Origin: Patescibacteria group bacterium
GTDB lineage: Bacteria > Patescibacteriota > Microgenomatia > Levybacterales > UBA12049
NCBI GenBank assembly: GCA_026004395.1
Contig: BPJB01000001.1
Location: forward strand, 327,343-391,342
Direction of reading: 5' to 3'
DNA: 64,000 nt
Shown one piece after another: positions 1 to 8,055 of the stretch (positions within the stretch are counted from its first letter, which is position 1; each line of letters opens with the position of its first letter). A model generated the notes under the pieces. The model had not been told where the DNA came from. It saw only the letters and a program-made list of their open reading frames with translations, and ran no database searches. A program made the translations under genes and the position numbers.

Positions 1-1
1 A

Positions 2-301
2 ATGGCATTACTCCATCCTGTAACTTGGAGAGAGCCTTTTGGTCTGACATTGATTGAGGCAATGGCTTGTGGTACACCTGTCGTAGCCTTTAATAAAGGA
101 TCAATTCCTGAGATTGTCATTGATGGAAAGACAGGATTTGTAGTGAAGGATGTTGAAGAGATGATATTAGCGATCGCCAAGATTTCACAAATTGATAGAA
201 GAGAGTGTAGAAAGCATGTTCTCCAACACTTTACAGCTACAAAAATGAGTGACAATTATGAACAATTATATTTGCGTATCTTAGAAAGGAGATCTCTATG
301 A
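2..301 (+). CDS. GT4 glycosyltransferase, C-terminal part (probably 5'-truncated by the window edge)
   Basis: EPFGLTLIEAMACGTPVVA and GSIPE..DGKTGF GT-B/GT4 signature; stop overlaps the next ATG (ATGA 298-301). Confidence 0.9.
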   Translation: MALLHPVTWREPFGLTLIEAMACGTPVVAFNKGSIPEIVIDGKTGFVVKDVEEMILAIAKISQIDRRECRKHVLQHFTATKMSDNYEQLYLRILERRSL

Positions 302-1269
302 GAATTGTTTTTGTAGGTGATGTTATGTTAGGAAGACTGGTAAATGAAGTATTAAAAAAAGAACCTCCAGAGTATCCATGGGGTGATACCTTGCCTATTT
401 TTAAAAATGCTGATCTGAGGATTTGTAACTTAGAATGTGTTCTCTCTGATATTGGTGAGCCATTTCCCAGAGAAAAAGTTTTTCATTTTAGAACGGATGA
501 GAAAAATATTAAAACACTTCTTGCAGCAGATATTGGTATAGTATCTCTTGCCAACAACCACGTACTTGATTATGGATATAGTGCTTTACTTAGGATGATA
601 AAAGTCTTAGGTGAGCATGCTATTAACTATGCTGGTGCAGGATTAGATATTTTGGAAGCAAAAGAACCCGCTATTTGCAGCGTAGATTCTCAAAATGTAG
701 GTTTTATTGCATTTACCGATAATGAACCAGAGTGGGCAGCAGAAGAAAATAAGCCGGGAATATTTTATGTGACAATAAACGAGCAAGACAGAAGAGCGCA
801 ACAACTTTTTGAAATAATTCAGAAAACTCGTGATGACGTGGATCTTTTGATTGCTTCAGCACACTGGGGACCAAATTGGGGATATAGACCACCCAAGGAA
901 CATATTTCTTTTGCGCATCATTTAATTGATGTGGGGGCTGATATTGTATTTGGGCATTCACCCCACGTTTTTCGTGGAATTGAGATTTATAAAAATAAAG
1001 TTATTCTGTATTCAACAGGTGATTTCATTGATGATTATGCAGTGGATGAGATTGAGAGAAATGACGAGTCATTTATATTTTATTTTGAAACTAATAGAAA
1101 TAACATCACTCGTCTTATTTTGTATCCAACAATTATCAATTTTTTTCAAGCGCGTTGCGCAAAAGAAAGGGGAAGAGAAATTGCCAATAAAATGCAGAAT
1201 TTGTGCTTTGAATTTGCAACGAAGACAATGTGGCATGATGCGAATAATTTTTTGGAGGTTTATCTATGA
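298..1269 (+). CDS. CapA/PGA_cap family metallophosphoesterase-fold protein (no signal peptide evident)
   Basis: GDVMLGR, NLEC, SLANNH, HWG, GHSPH and YSTGDF motifs. Confidence 0.88.
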   Translation: MRIVFVGDVMLGRLVNEVLKKEPPEYPWGDTLPIFKNADLRICNLECVLSDIGEPFPREKVFHFRTDEKNIKTLLAADIGIVSLANNHVLDYGYSALLRMIKVLGEHAINYAGAGLDILEAKEPAICSVDSQNVGFIAFTDNEPEWAAEENKPGIFYVTINEQDRRAQQLFEIIQKTRDDVDLLIASAHWGPNWGYRPPKEHISFAHHLIDVGADIVFGHSPHVFRGIEIYKNKVILYSTGDFIDDYAVDEIERNDESFIFYFETNRNNITRLILYPTIINFFQARCAKERGREIANKMQNLCFEFATKTMWHDANNFLEVYL

Positions 1270-1682
1270 AATCATATACAATTTCTCCTCATACTGCTGA
1301 TGTACGATTAAAAATCAGAGGAAAAACCTTAGAAGAAATTTTTCTCAATGCCTTGGAAGGTATGAATAGAATTTTGATTAAAAATTATGAGAAATATTTA
1401 AATGAACACGCTATTGTAAAAGAGATGACAATTTCCTCATTTGATACGACAACTCTTTTAATTGATTTTCTCTCCGAAATACTGACACTTTCTTACATAA
1501 ATAAAGCTATTTTTCATACCGTTTCATTTTTAGAGATTGGACCAAATACTCTTCACGTACGTTTAATAGGAGGAAAAGTAAAATCTTTTAAGAAAGATAT
1601 TAAAGCAATATCTTACCACGAAGCAGAGATACGACGAAATCAAAAAGGGGAGTACGAAACAACACTTGTTTTGGATATTTAA
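1266..1682 (+). CDS. Archease (RtcB activator)
   Basis: HTAD, IKAISYH and C-terminal LDI motifs; directly upstream of rtcB. Confidence 0.92.
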   Translation: MKSYTISPHTADVRLKIRGKTLEEIFLNALEGMNRILIKNYEKYLNEHAIVKEMTISSFDTTTLLIDFLSEILTLSYINKAIFHTVSFLEIGPNTLHVRLIGGKVKSFKKDIKAISYHEAEIRRNQKGEYETTLVLDI

Positions 1683-1691
1683 GAAAATAAG

Positions 1692-3137
1692 ATGAAAACT
1701 CTAAAAGAAATAATAATCAAAATAAATAATTTTACATGGAAAATTCCCACATCGTATCGTTCTGATATGAGGGTTCCAGCGATTATTTTTGCTACAGAAT
1801 CCATGCTTGATGAGATCCTAAAGGATCGATCGCTCGAACAACTTATCAATGTAACAACACTGCCTGGTATAAGAAAAGCAGCCTTTGTGATGCCTGATGT
1901 TCATGAAGGTTATGGATTTCCTATAGGAGGAGTAGCAGCAACAAAGTATCCAGATGGAGTTATTTCTCCTGGTGGTATTGGCTATGATATCAATTGTGGG
2001 GTGAGACTTCTTCGTTCAGAACTATTCTACAATGACATACGTCACCATCTAGAAAAATTATCCAAACATCTTTTTCGTGAAATTCCATCAGGAGTAGGAC
2101 ATACTGGATCACTAAAACTGGGCGTGGAGAAATTAGATGCAATACTCCAGGAAGGAGCACATAGACTGATTAAAGAAGGATATGGAGAAGAAATAGATAC
2201 ACATTATATAGAATCATATGGGGTTTTAGATAATGCAGATCCAAGCGTTGTCTCTGATAACGCCAAAAAGAGAGGACAAGATCAGCTTGGAACAATTGGG
2301 GGAGGAAATCACTTTGTTGAAGTTGATAGGATTGATGAGATGTTTGATGAGCAAACTGCAAATGAGTTTGGTTTGCAATATAACCAAATAGTGATTCTTA
2401 TTCATACTGGATCGCGTGGATTAGGTCATCAAGTAGCTACAGATTATGTTCGTCTTATTAACCAGGCAATGATGCGTTATGGTATTTCGGTACCTGATAG
2501 AGAACTAGCGTGTGTTCCTCTTTCCACGAATGAAGGTAGAAATTACTTTAACGCTATGGCAGCATCCGCAAATTTTGCATGGGCAAATAGGCAAATGATT
2601 ACCTATGAGATTCGTCGAGTATGGAAAGATATATTTGGAGATTCGGGAGGAAGACTTTCTGTTTTCTACGATGTTGCTCACAATATTGCAAAAATTGAAG
2701 AGCATGAGATAGACGATATTCAAGAGAAGGTAATCGTTCATAGAAAAGGAGCTACTCGTGCATTTCCCCCTTTTCATCCCGAACTAGTGGGTGAGTATCA
2801 AAAGACAGGGCAGCCTGTAATTATACCAGGGAGTATGGGAACAGCATCTTATGTATTAGTAGGTACATTAAAAGGAAAAGAAGCATTTTACTCAAGTTGT
2901 CACGGTGCTGGAAGACTCATGTCACGTCATCAAGCAAGAAAGATGATGCAAGGTAGAGAGTTGCAGCGAGAACTAAAAGAAGAAGGAATATATGTTCAGT
3001 CAGATTCTGTCGCTGATCTCGCTGAAGAAGCACCATTTGCCTATAAAAATATAGATGAAGTAGTTGAGGTTGTTGATAAGCTAGGTCTTGCAACTAAAGT
3101 GGCAAAGCTCAAACCGCTCATAGTAGTAAAGGGATAA
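1692..3137 (+). CDS. rtcB: RtcB 3'-phosphate/2',3'-cyclic-phosphate RNA ligase
   Basis: MPDVHEGYGFPIGG, GYDINCG, GGGNHF, HTGSRGLGHQ, HRKGAT, PGSMG, HGAGR and AYKNI motifs. Confidence 0.97.
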   Translation: MKTLKEIIIKINNFTWKIPTSYRSDMRVPAIIFATESMLDEILKDRSLEQLINVTTLPGIRKAAFVMPDVHEGYGFPIGGVAATKYPDGVISPGGIGYDINCGVRLLRSELFYNDIRHHLEKLSKHLFREIPSGVGHTGSLKLGVEKLDAILQEGAHRLIKEGYGEEIDTHYIESYGVLDNADPSVVSDNAKKRGQDQLGTIGGGNHFVEVDRIDEMFDEQTANEFGLQYNQIVILIHTGSRGLGHQVATDYVRLINQAMMRYGISVPDRELACVPLSTNEGRNYFNAMAASANFAWANRQMITYEIRRVWKDIFGDSGGRLSVFYDVAHNIAKIEEHEIDDIQEKVIVHRKGATRAFPPFHPELVGEYQKTGQPVIIPGSMGTASYVLVGTLKGKEAFYSSCHGAGRLMSRHQARKMMQGRELQRELKEEGIYVQSDSVADLAEEAPFAYKNIDEVVEVVDKLGLATKVAKLKPLIVVKG

Positions 3138-3138
3138 T

Positions 3139-3567
3139 ATGAAAAAGAAAGCAATTTATTCCAAAGATTTAGGTATTGATCTAACATCCAAAAAGGAATC
3201 AGAACTTTTTAAGTGGTTTCTTGCGTGTCTTCTTTTTGGAAAACCTATCCAGCAAGAAGTTGCCAAAAAGGCATATCTAGAATTTGTAAAAGAAAATCTG
3301 ACTACGCCAGATGCGATACTTTCCGCTGGGTGGGATAAACTCGTTCAAGTATTAGATAAAGGTCATTATGTTCGTTATGATTACTCTACTGCCGATAAGT
3401 TGCTTGAGATCTCAGAAGAATTGCAGAAAAGGTATGGGTCAGTGACAGAGCTTATTCGACAATCAAAAACAGTATCAGATCTCTCAAGACGTTTACAAGA
3501 ATTCAAGGGTATTGGGCCAACCACTGCTAGAATTTTCATTCGGGATATTCGTGATATTTATTATTAA
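3139..3567 (+). CDS. Small helix-hairpin-helix (HhH-GPD-like) protein
   Basis: FKWFLACLLFG, TPDAIL and FKGIGPTTARIF HhH motif; no GPD or Fe-S C-terminus. Confidence 0.7.
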   Translation: MKKKAIYSKDLGIDLTSKKESELFKWFLACLLFGKPIQQEVAKKAYLEFVKENLTTPDAILSAGWDKLVQVLDKGHYVRYDYSTADKLLEISEELQKRYGSVTELIRQSKTVSDLSRRLQEFKGIGPTTARIFIRDIRDIYY

Positions 3568-3573
3568 TTTTTT

Positions 3574-3738
3574 ATGAAGCTTAAATTTCTCTATACTGGG
3601 TAGAGTGGTCAAACACTGGGTGTTGGAAAATCAAACAGGCTTGAAAGCTTTCTTTATATTCAAAATAGAAGCAGTATCCTGATTGATGTTACGCACAACT
3701 TTAGACAACAAGCGACAACGATTGAAAATATGGAATGA
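3574..3738 (+). pseudogene. Remnant of a metallo-beta-lactamase-fold hydrolase N-terminus
   Basis: Reads MKLKFLYTG*SGQTLGVGKSNRLESFLYIQNRSSILIDVTHNFRQQ; in-frame TAG at 3601-3603; ends before any HxHxDH motif. Confidence 0.65.
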
Positions 3739-3753
3739 CAGTAGAATTGTAAA

Positions 3754-5013
3754 TTACTTTGCAAAGGGTAGTGAGAAATAAAATGTACTTCCCTTATTCT
3801 TTTTGCTTTTTACCCAGATTTTGCCTTTATTTTTTCTTATAATCTCTCGAGCGATATATAATCCAAGTCCAAAACCTTTAATTTTGTCTTTATTTTTGTC
3901 TTTGGACCTATAAAATCTTTCGAAAATATGGGGTAAATCATAAGATGCAATACCTAATCCAAAATCTTCAACTGCAACAATTGCTTTTGTTTTATCGTTT
4001 AGAAGGTGGACGATAATTTTATCAGCATTGGGTGAGTATTTAATTGCATTTGTGAGCAAATTAACAATTACTTGTTCGATTCTATTTTTATCTGCGAGAA
4101 CTTTTTGTTCAATTTTTCCTTCTATTTCTATATGGTGTTTTTCGGTAGTGTGTTGGATATCCATGACAACTTGATGGATTAAGGTATTCAGGTCAAATAT
4201 CTCAAACTTGAACTCCATTTTTCCCGAGTCTAATCTCGCAACATGTAAAAGATCATCTATTAGCTCTATGAGTCTTTTTGTCTCTCTAATAATATTGGAT
4301 ATGAGGTGAATATTTTGTTTGTCTGATTGTTTGCTTAAGCGCTTCTCCAAGATTTGCGCATAGGCAAAAAGAGTTGTGATAGGAGTTTTTAATTCATGTG
4401 AGGCAATACCAATGAAGATGTCTTTTTGTCTTTCGATTTCCTTTATCCTTGTAATATCATGAAATATTTGTACGAAAAACTTGTTTTTGCCATTCTTTTG
4501 TATGGGAAAGTATACTGCATGTACGGGAAACTCTTCGCCGTTTTTTTTTCTATTAATAACTTTACTAGTAGTGAATGTTTTCCCTTTTAGGAGATTATTC
4601 CATAATGTTTTATGTACGTGTCGTGGAGTTTGATCACTTTTCAAAAATCTTGGGTTTTTACCTTTTACTTCCTCGAAAGTATAACCTGTTGTTTTTTCCC
4701 ATGCGGGATTGACATAATAAATTCTGCCTTTCGTATCAGTGATGAGCACAGGATCAGGCATAGCATCAGTAAATTCAGCAAAGACTATTTCATCATTTGA
4801 TGAAACTTTGATTTTTTTGATTTTTTTCTCTTGATCCAAAATAGTTCTGATGTCTTCATATTTATAACGCCGTACTCCTCTTTTTCCGATTCTAATTGCT
4901 TTTAAAAGACCTTCTCTATCCCAGTTGCGAAGAGTTGCTGGTGTGCATTTGAGGATCTTACTGACTTCATGAATAGTAAGAAGTTCTGAGAATGACTCTT
5001 GTGTTTTTTTCAT
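3754..5013 (-). CDS. Soluble histidine kinase with an N-terminal MerR-like/HTH_17 domain and a PAS domain
   Basis: LLTIHEVSKILKCTPATLRNWD (HTH); IYYVNPAWEKTTGY..EEVKGKNPRFL (PAS); SHELKTP; NLLTNAIKY; DFGLGI; GFGLGL. Confidence 0.9.
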   Translation of the reverse strand: MKKTQESFSELLTIHEVSKILKCTPATLRNWDREGLLKAIRIGKRGVRRYKYEDIRTILDQEKKIKKIKVSSNDEIVFAEFTDAMPDPVLITDTKGRIYYVNPAWEKTTGYTFEEVKGKNPRFLKSDQTPRHVHKTLWNNLLKGKTFTTSKVINRKKNGEEFPVHAVYFPIQKNGKNKFFVQIFHDITRIKEIERQKDIFIGIASHELKTPITTLFAYAQILEKRLSKQSDKQNIHLISNIIRETKRLIELIDDLLHVARLDSGKMEFKFEIFDLNTLIHQVVMDIQHTTEKHHIEIEGKIEQKVLADKNRIEQVIVNLLTNAIKYSPNADKIIVHLLNDKTKAIVAVEDFGLGIASYDLPHIFERFYRSKDKNKDKIKGFGLGLYIAREIIRKNKGKIWVKSKKNKGSTFYFSLPFAK

Positions 5014-5063
5014 GATATCAATTTACAATAAAATATAATATTTTATAAATATTTTCAACAAAC

Positions 5064-5105
5064 AAAAAAGAAACCCATTTGTACTTACTACTCATGGGTT
5101 TCTTT
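5064..5105 (-). terminator. Intrinsic terminator downstream of the RRM gene
   Basis: 12-bp inverted repeat AAAGAAACCCAT (5067-5078)/ATGGGTTTCTTT (5094-5105) with a U-tract on the minus strand. Confidence 0.75.
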
Positions 5106-5122
5106 ATCGTCATCTCTGATGA

Positions 5123-5476
5123 TTAGTAATTTCTGCGTTGATTTCCGCGTTCTCTTCTCCCGTGTCGATTGCGTTCTTCTCCTCTTTTACTAAAATTACT
5201 TCCACCAGAAAATCTGTCTTCTCTTGGTTGTTGGGGTCTGGCAACATCAACTGCAATTTTGCGACCATCAAGCATCTGTCCATTGAGCTCTTGTTTGGCT
5301 TTTTCTGCTTCTTCTTCAGTAGACATCTCAACAAAACCAAATCCTTTTGATTTCCCCGACATTTTATCTGTTATTACGTTTGCAGATACAACAGTACCAA
5401 CTTGTGAGAAAAATTCCGCAAGAGTTGAATCTGTGGTTGCCCAAGCAAGACTCCCAACAAATAGTTTTTTGTTCAT
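5123..5476 (-). CDS. RRM-domain RNA-binding protein with an Arg-rich tail
   Basis: RNP2 LFVGSL, RNP1 KGFGFVEM; SD AAGGAGGTGA supports ATG 5476. Confidence 0.93.
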   Translation of the reverse strand: MNKKLFVGSLAWATTDSTLAEFFSQVGTVVSANVITDKMSGKSKGFGFVEMSTEEEAEKAKQELNGQMLDGRKIAVDVARPQQPREDRFSGGSNFSKRGEERNRHGRRERGNQRRNY

Positions 5477-5738
5477 TATGTTTGTCACCTCCTTCTTTCA
5501 TTCACTCTCTGACAAACTGAACTAGTACATCATCAACTATTTGTTAGGATAGTAAGAAGCTAGCAGTTATCAAAAGAAGTTCTAATGATACCTGTATTAT
5601 ACACTATTCTTTTTCCGCAGTCTATTTAGACAACATTTCTGTATAATATCCTCAGGAAAGGTTGCGAAATGATTTTTTAAGGATCTAGAGAAAGAGAAGA
5701 TGATACTTGAATTATACTAGATCAGGTGGAAAAATTTT

Positions 5739-6287
5739 ATGAATAATAATCGTCCTCTTGTTTTTGTTGTTCATAAACATGATGCGACTACGCTACATTT
5801 TGACTTTCGGTTGCAAATTGGAGACGTGATGCCATCATGGGCAATTCCTAAAGGTCCAACACTTGATCCAGCGATTAAGCGGCTAGCTATTCAAACTACG
5901 GATCATAGTCTTGAGTATCGAAATTTTGAAGGTGTTCTGCCAGAGGGATCATATGGAGCAGGTCCTGTGATGATTTGGGATGAAGGGTATTACTTTCCGG
6001 AAGTTGAAATAGCTAAAGGTATAAGAAAAACTGTAGAAGATACTAACGAGGGTACAAAAATAATGCTTGAAGGCCTGAAAAAAGGAGAAGTCAAGTTTAA
6101 ATTATTCGGTAAAAGACTTAAAGGTTCATTTACACTTGTAAGAATAAAAAATTTCAAAAAACCAAATACTTGGCTTCTAATTAAGCATAATGATGAGTAT
6201 GTGGTAAAGAACTTTGATGCTCATGACCAAAAATTTGATAAATCAGTTGTTTCAGGAAGGACAATGGAGGAAATAAGAAGCTCATAA
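5739..6287 (+). CDS. Standalone LigD 3'-phosphoesterase domain protein
   Basis: FVVHKHDATTLHFDFRL, SWAIPKGP, RLAIQTTDH, YRNFEG, YGAGPV.IWD and WLLIK motifs. Confidence 0.92.
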   Translation: MNNNRPLVFVVHKHDATTLHFDFRLQIGDVMPSWAIPKGPTLDPAIKRLAIQTTDHSLEYRNFEGVLPEGSYGAGPVMIWDEGYYFPEVEIAKGIRKTVEDTNEGTKIMLEGLKKGEVKFKLFGKRLKGSFTLVRIKNFKKPNTWLLIKHNDEYVVKNFDAHDQKFDKSVVSGRTMEEIRSS

Positions 6288-6300
6288 GAATACCAATTAA

Positions 6301-7998
6301 CTATCTACGTTTGAAAAGTTTGTTCAACTCTAATGTGTTGAGAGTAATCTGTGTTGGCCTTCCATGAGGACATGTAGTATTGTTCTTTGTTTTTTCTAAT
6401 GTTGTTACTATTTCTTTCATTTGTTTGGTAGAGAGTTTATCACCGGATTTAACCGCTGCTCTACAGGAGATAAAAGTTAGCATTCTCTGGGTTGGGAGAT
6501 CAATATTTTTTATTTCAGATTTTTCGGATAGGTCAGAGAGAAAATCTTTTATTACTTTCTCTAAATTGCGTCCCTTAAAAATTTGAGGAATTGTTCTTAT
6601 TATGATTGAATTTCCTTGAAAGCTTTCGAATGAAAATCCCAGTTCATTAAAAATACTTTGATGTTCTTCTAAAAGTTGTTTTTCATGTAGAGAAAGATCG
6701 AGAATATATAAATCTGGTAGCTCGTAAATCAGCTTCTTTTCTTTTTCTTGGATAAAAGCATTAAAGAATTGTTCGTAAAGTATGCGTTCGTGTGCAGCAT
6801 GTTGATCTATGAGTAGAATACCGTTTTTTGTAAGAGTAAGAACATATGCGTTTTCAATTTGTATGAATGGAGCATTTTTTAAGAGATTTCCCTCTATATT
6901 TTTTTCAGGCATGAGGATCATTTGCTTTAATAATTGTCCTGTAATTGATTTGGTTTCAGTAAGTTTTGCAGAGTATTCTTCTCTAAATGCCGCAAGTCTA
7001 AATGTTAGATTATTTTCATTAAGAGTTTGCAAAATAGCATTTTTGGTAACATCAAATATGTGTTTGGGATTAATAAAAGAAATATGTTCTTTTCTAGGAT
7101 GTATATTAACGTCAACAATTTCTGCAGGAACTCTAAAATAAAGCAAGAAAGCAGGGCTGTATGATGAGGGAAGAAGGGATCCAAATGCTTCCTTGACTGC
7201 TAGTGATATCATGCGATCAGACACAGAACGATTATTTACAAAAATATATTGTTTTTGATTATATTTGGTTGCGATGTTTGGTTTTCCTATATATCCTGTG
7301 ATTTCTACATGTCCATCTGCAAATTTGAGAGGTATAAGTTGTTCAAAAAACGATATACCAAGAAGAGTTTTTATTCTTTCAGAGACATCTAATTTTTTTG
7401 ATAAATCAAAAATCGTTTTTTTATTGTGAGTGAATACAAAATGAATTGAAGGATACGCAAGCGCAAAGTTTACCATCATCTCGATAATGTGACGGAATTC
7501 TGTCTTATCGGATTTAAGAAATTTTTTTCTTACCGGAACATTGAGAAAAAGATTATCAACACTCACTATTGTTCCGGGAGGCATTCCTATAGGAGACATT
7601 GTTTCTACAATTCCATGCTTTACTCTGACAACTGTCCCTTCAGGATAATTGTGGAGACGGCTTTTTATTGTCAAAGTTGATATGGATGCGATTGATGATA
7701 ATGCTTCTCCTCTAAAACCCAGTGTCTTTATTCCAAGAAAATGATCTTCGTTATTAATCTTGCTAGTAGTGTGGGGAAGAAAGGAAAGAGCTACATCTTC
7801 TTTACTCATACCTTCTCCATTATCAATAACAGTTATCCTTTTAAGCCCTGCGTCTTCGATGTGAACTTCAACTAAAGAAGCATGTGCATCAATTGCATTT
7901 TCTACAAGTTCTTTAACAGCATATGATGGTCTCTCTATTACCTCACCAGCGGCAATTTTTGCTACTACATGTTCAGATAACTGAATTATTTTTTGCAT
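6301..7998 (-). CDS. mutL: DNA mismatch repair endonuclease MutL
   Basis: IAAGEVIERP, GFRGEAL, DQHAAHERILYE and CPHGRP motifs. Confidence 0.97.
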   Translation of the reverse strand: MQKIIQLSEHVVAKIAAGEVIERPSYAVKELVENAIDAHASLVEVHIEDAGLKRITVIDNGEGMSKEDVALSFLPHTTSKINNEDHFLGIKTLGFRGEALSSIASISTLTIKSRLHNYPEGTVVRVKHGIVETMSPIGMPPGTIVSVDNLFLNVPVRKKFLKSDKTEFRHIIEMMVNFALAYPSIHFVFTHNKKTIFDLSKKLDVSERIKTLLGISFFEQLIPLKFADGHVEITGYIGKPNIATKYNQKQYIFVNNRSVSDRMISLAVKEAFGSLLPSSYSPAFLLYFRVPAEIVDVNIHPRKEHISFINPKHIFDVTKNAILQTLNENNLTFRLAAFREEYSAKLTETKSITGQLLKQMILMPEKNIEGNLLKNAPFIQIENAYVLTLTKNGILLIDQHAAHERILYEQFFNAFIQEKEKKLIYELPDLYILDLSLHEKQLLEEHQSIFNELGFSFESFQGNSIIIRTIPQIFKGRNLEKVIKDFLSDLSEKSEIKNIDLPTQRMLTFISCRAAVKSGDKLSTKQMKEIVTTLEKTKNNTTCPHGRPTQITLNTLELNKLFKRR

Positions 7999-8055
7999 TG
8001 GGATGATGGCTCACATGATAGTATAAGCAAGCCTTATCTGCAATAATTTCGAAGT

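Noticed and set aside
298-1269. Poly-gamma-glutamate capsule locus
   Set aside because: No pgsB/pgsC in the window, and the protein lacks a membrane anchor or signal
4860-5013. Excisionase or IS607-type resolvase marking a mobile element
   Set aside because: The HTH is fused in frame to a kinase; no recombinase, transposase or terminal repeats nearby
5682-5723. GATCTAG/CTAGATC inverted repeat upstream of the LigD-PE gene
   Set aside because: Only 7 bp with a long loop; compatible with chance
5739-6287. Complete NHEJ system
   Set aside because: Only the phosphoesterase domain is present; no Ku, ligase or polymerase domain in the window
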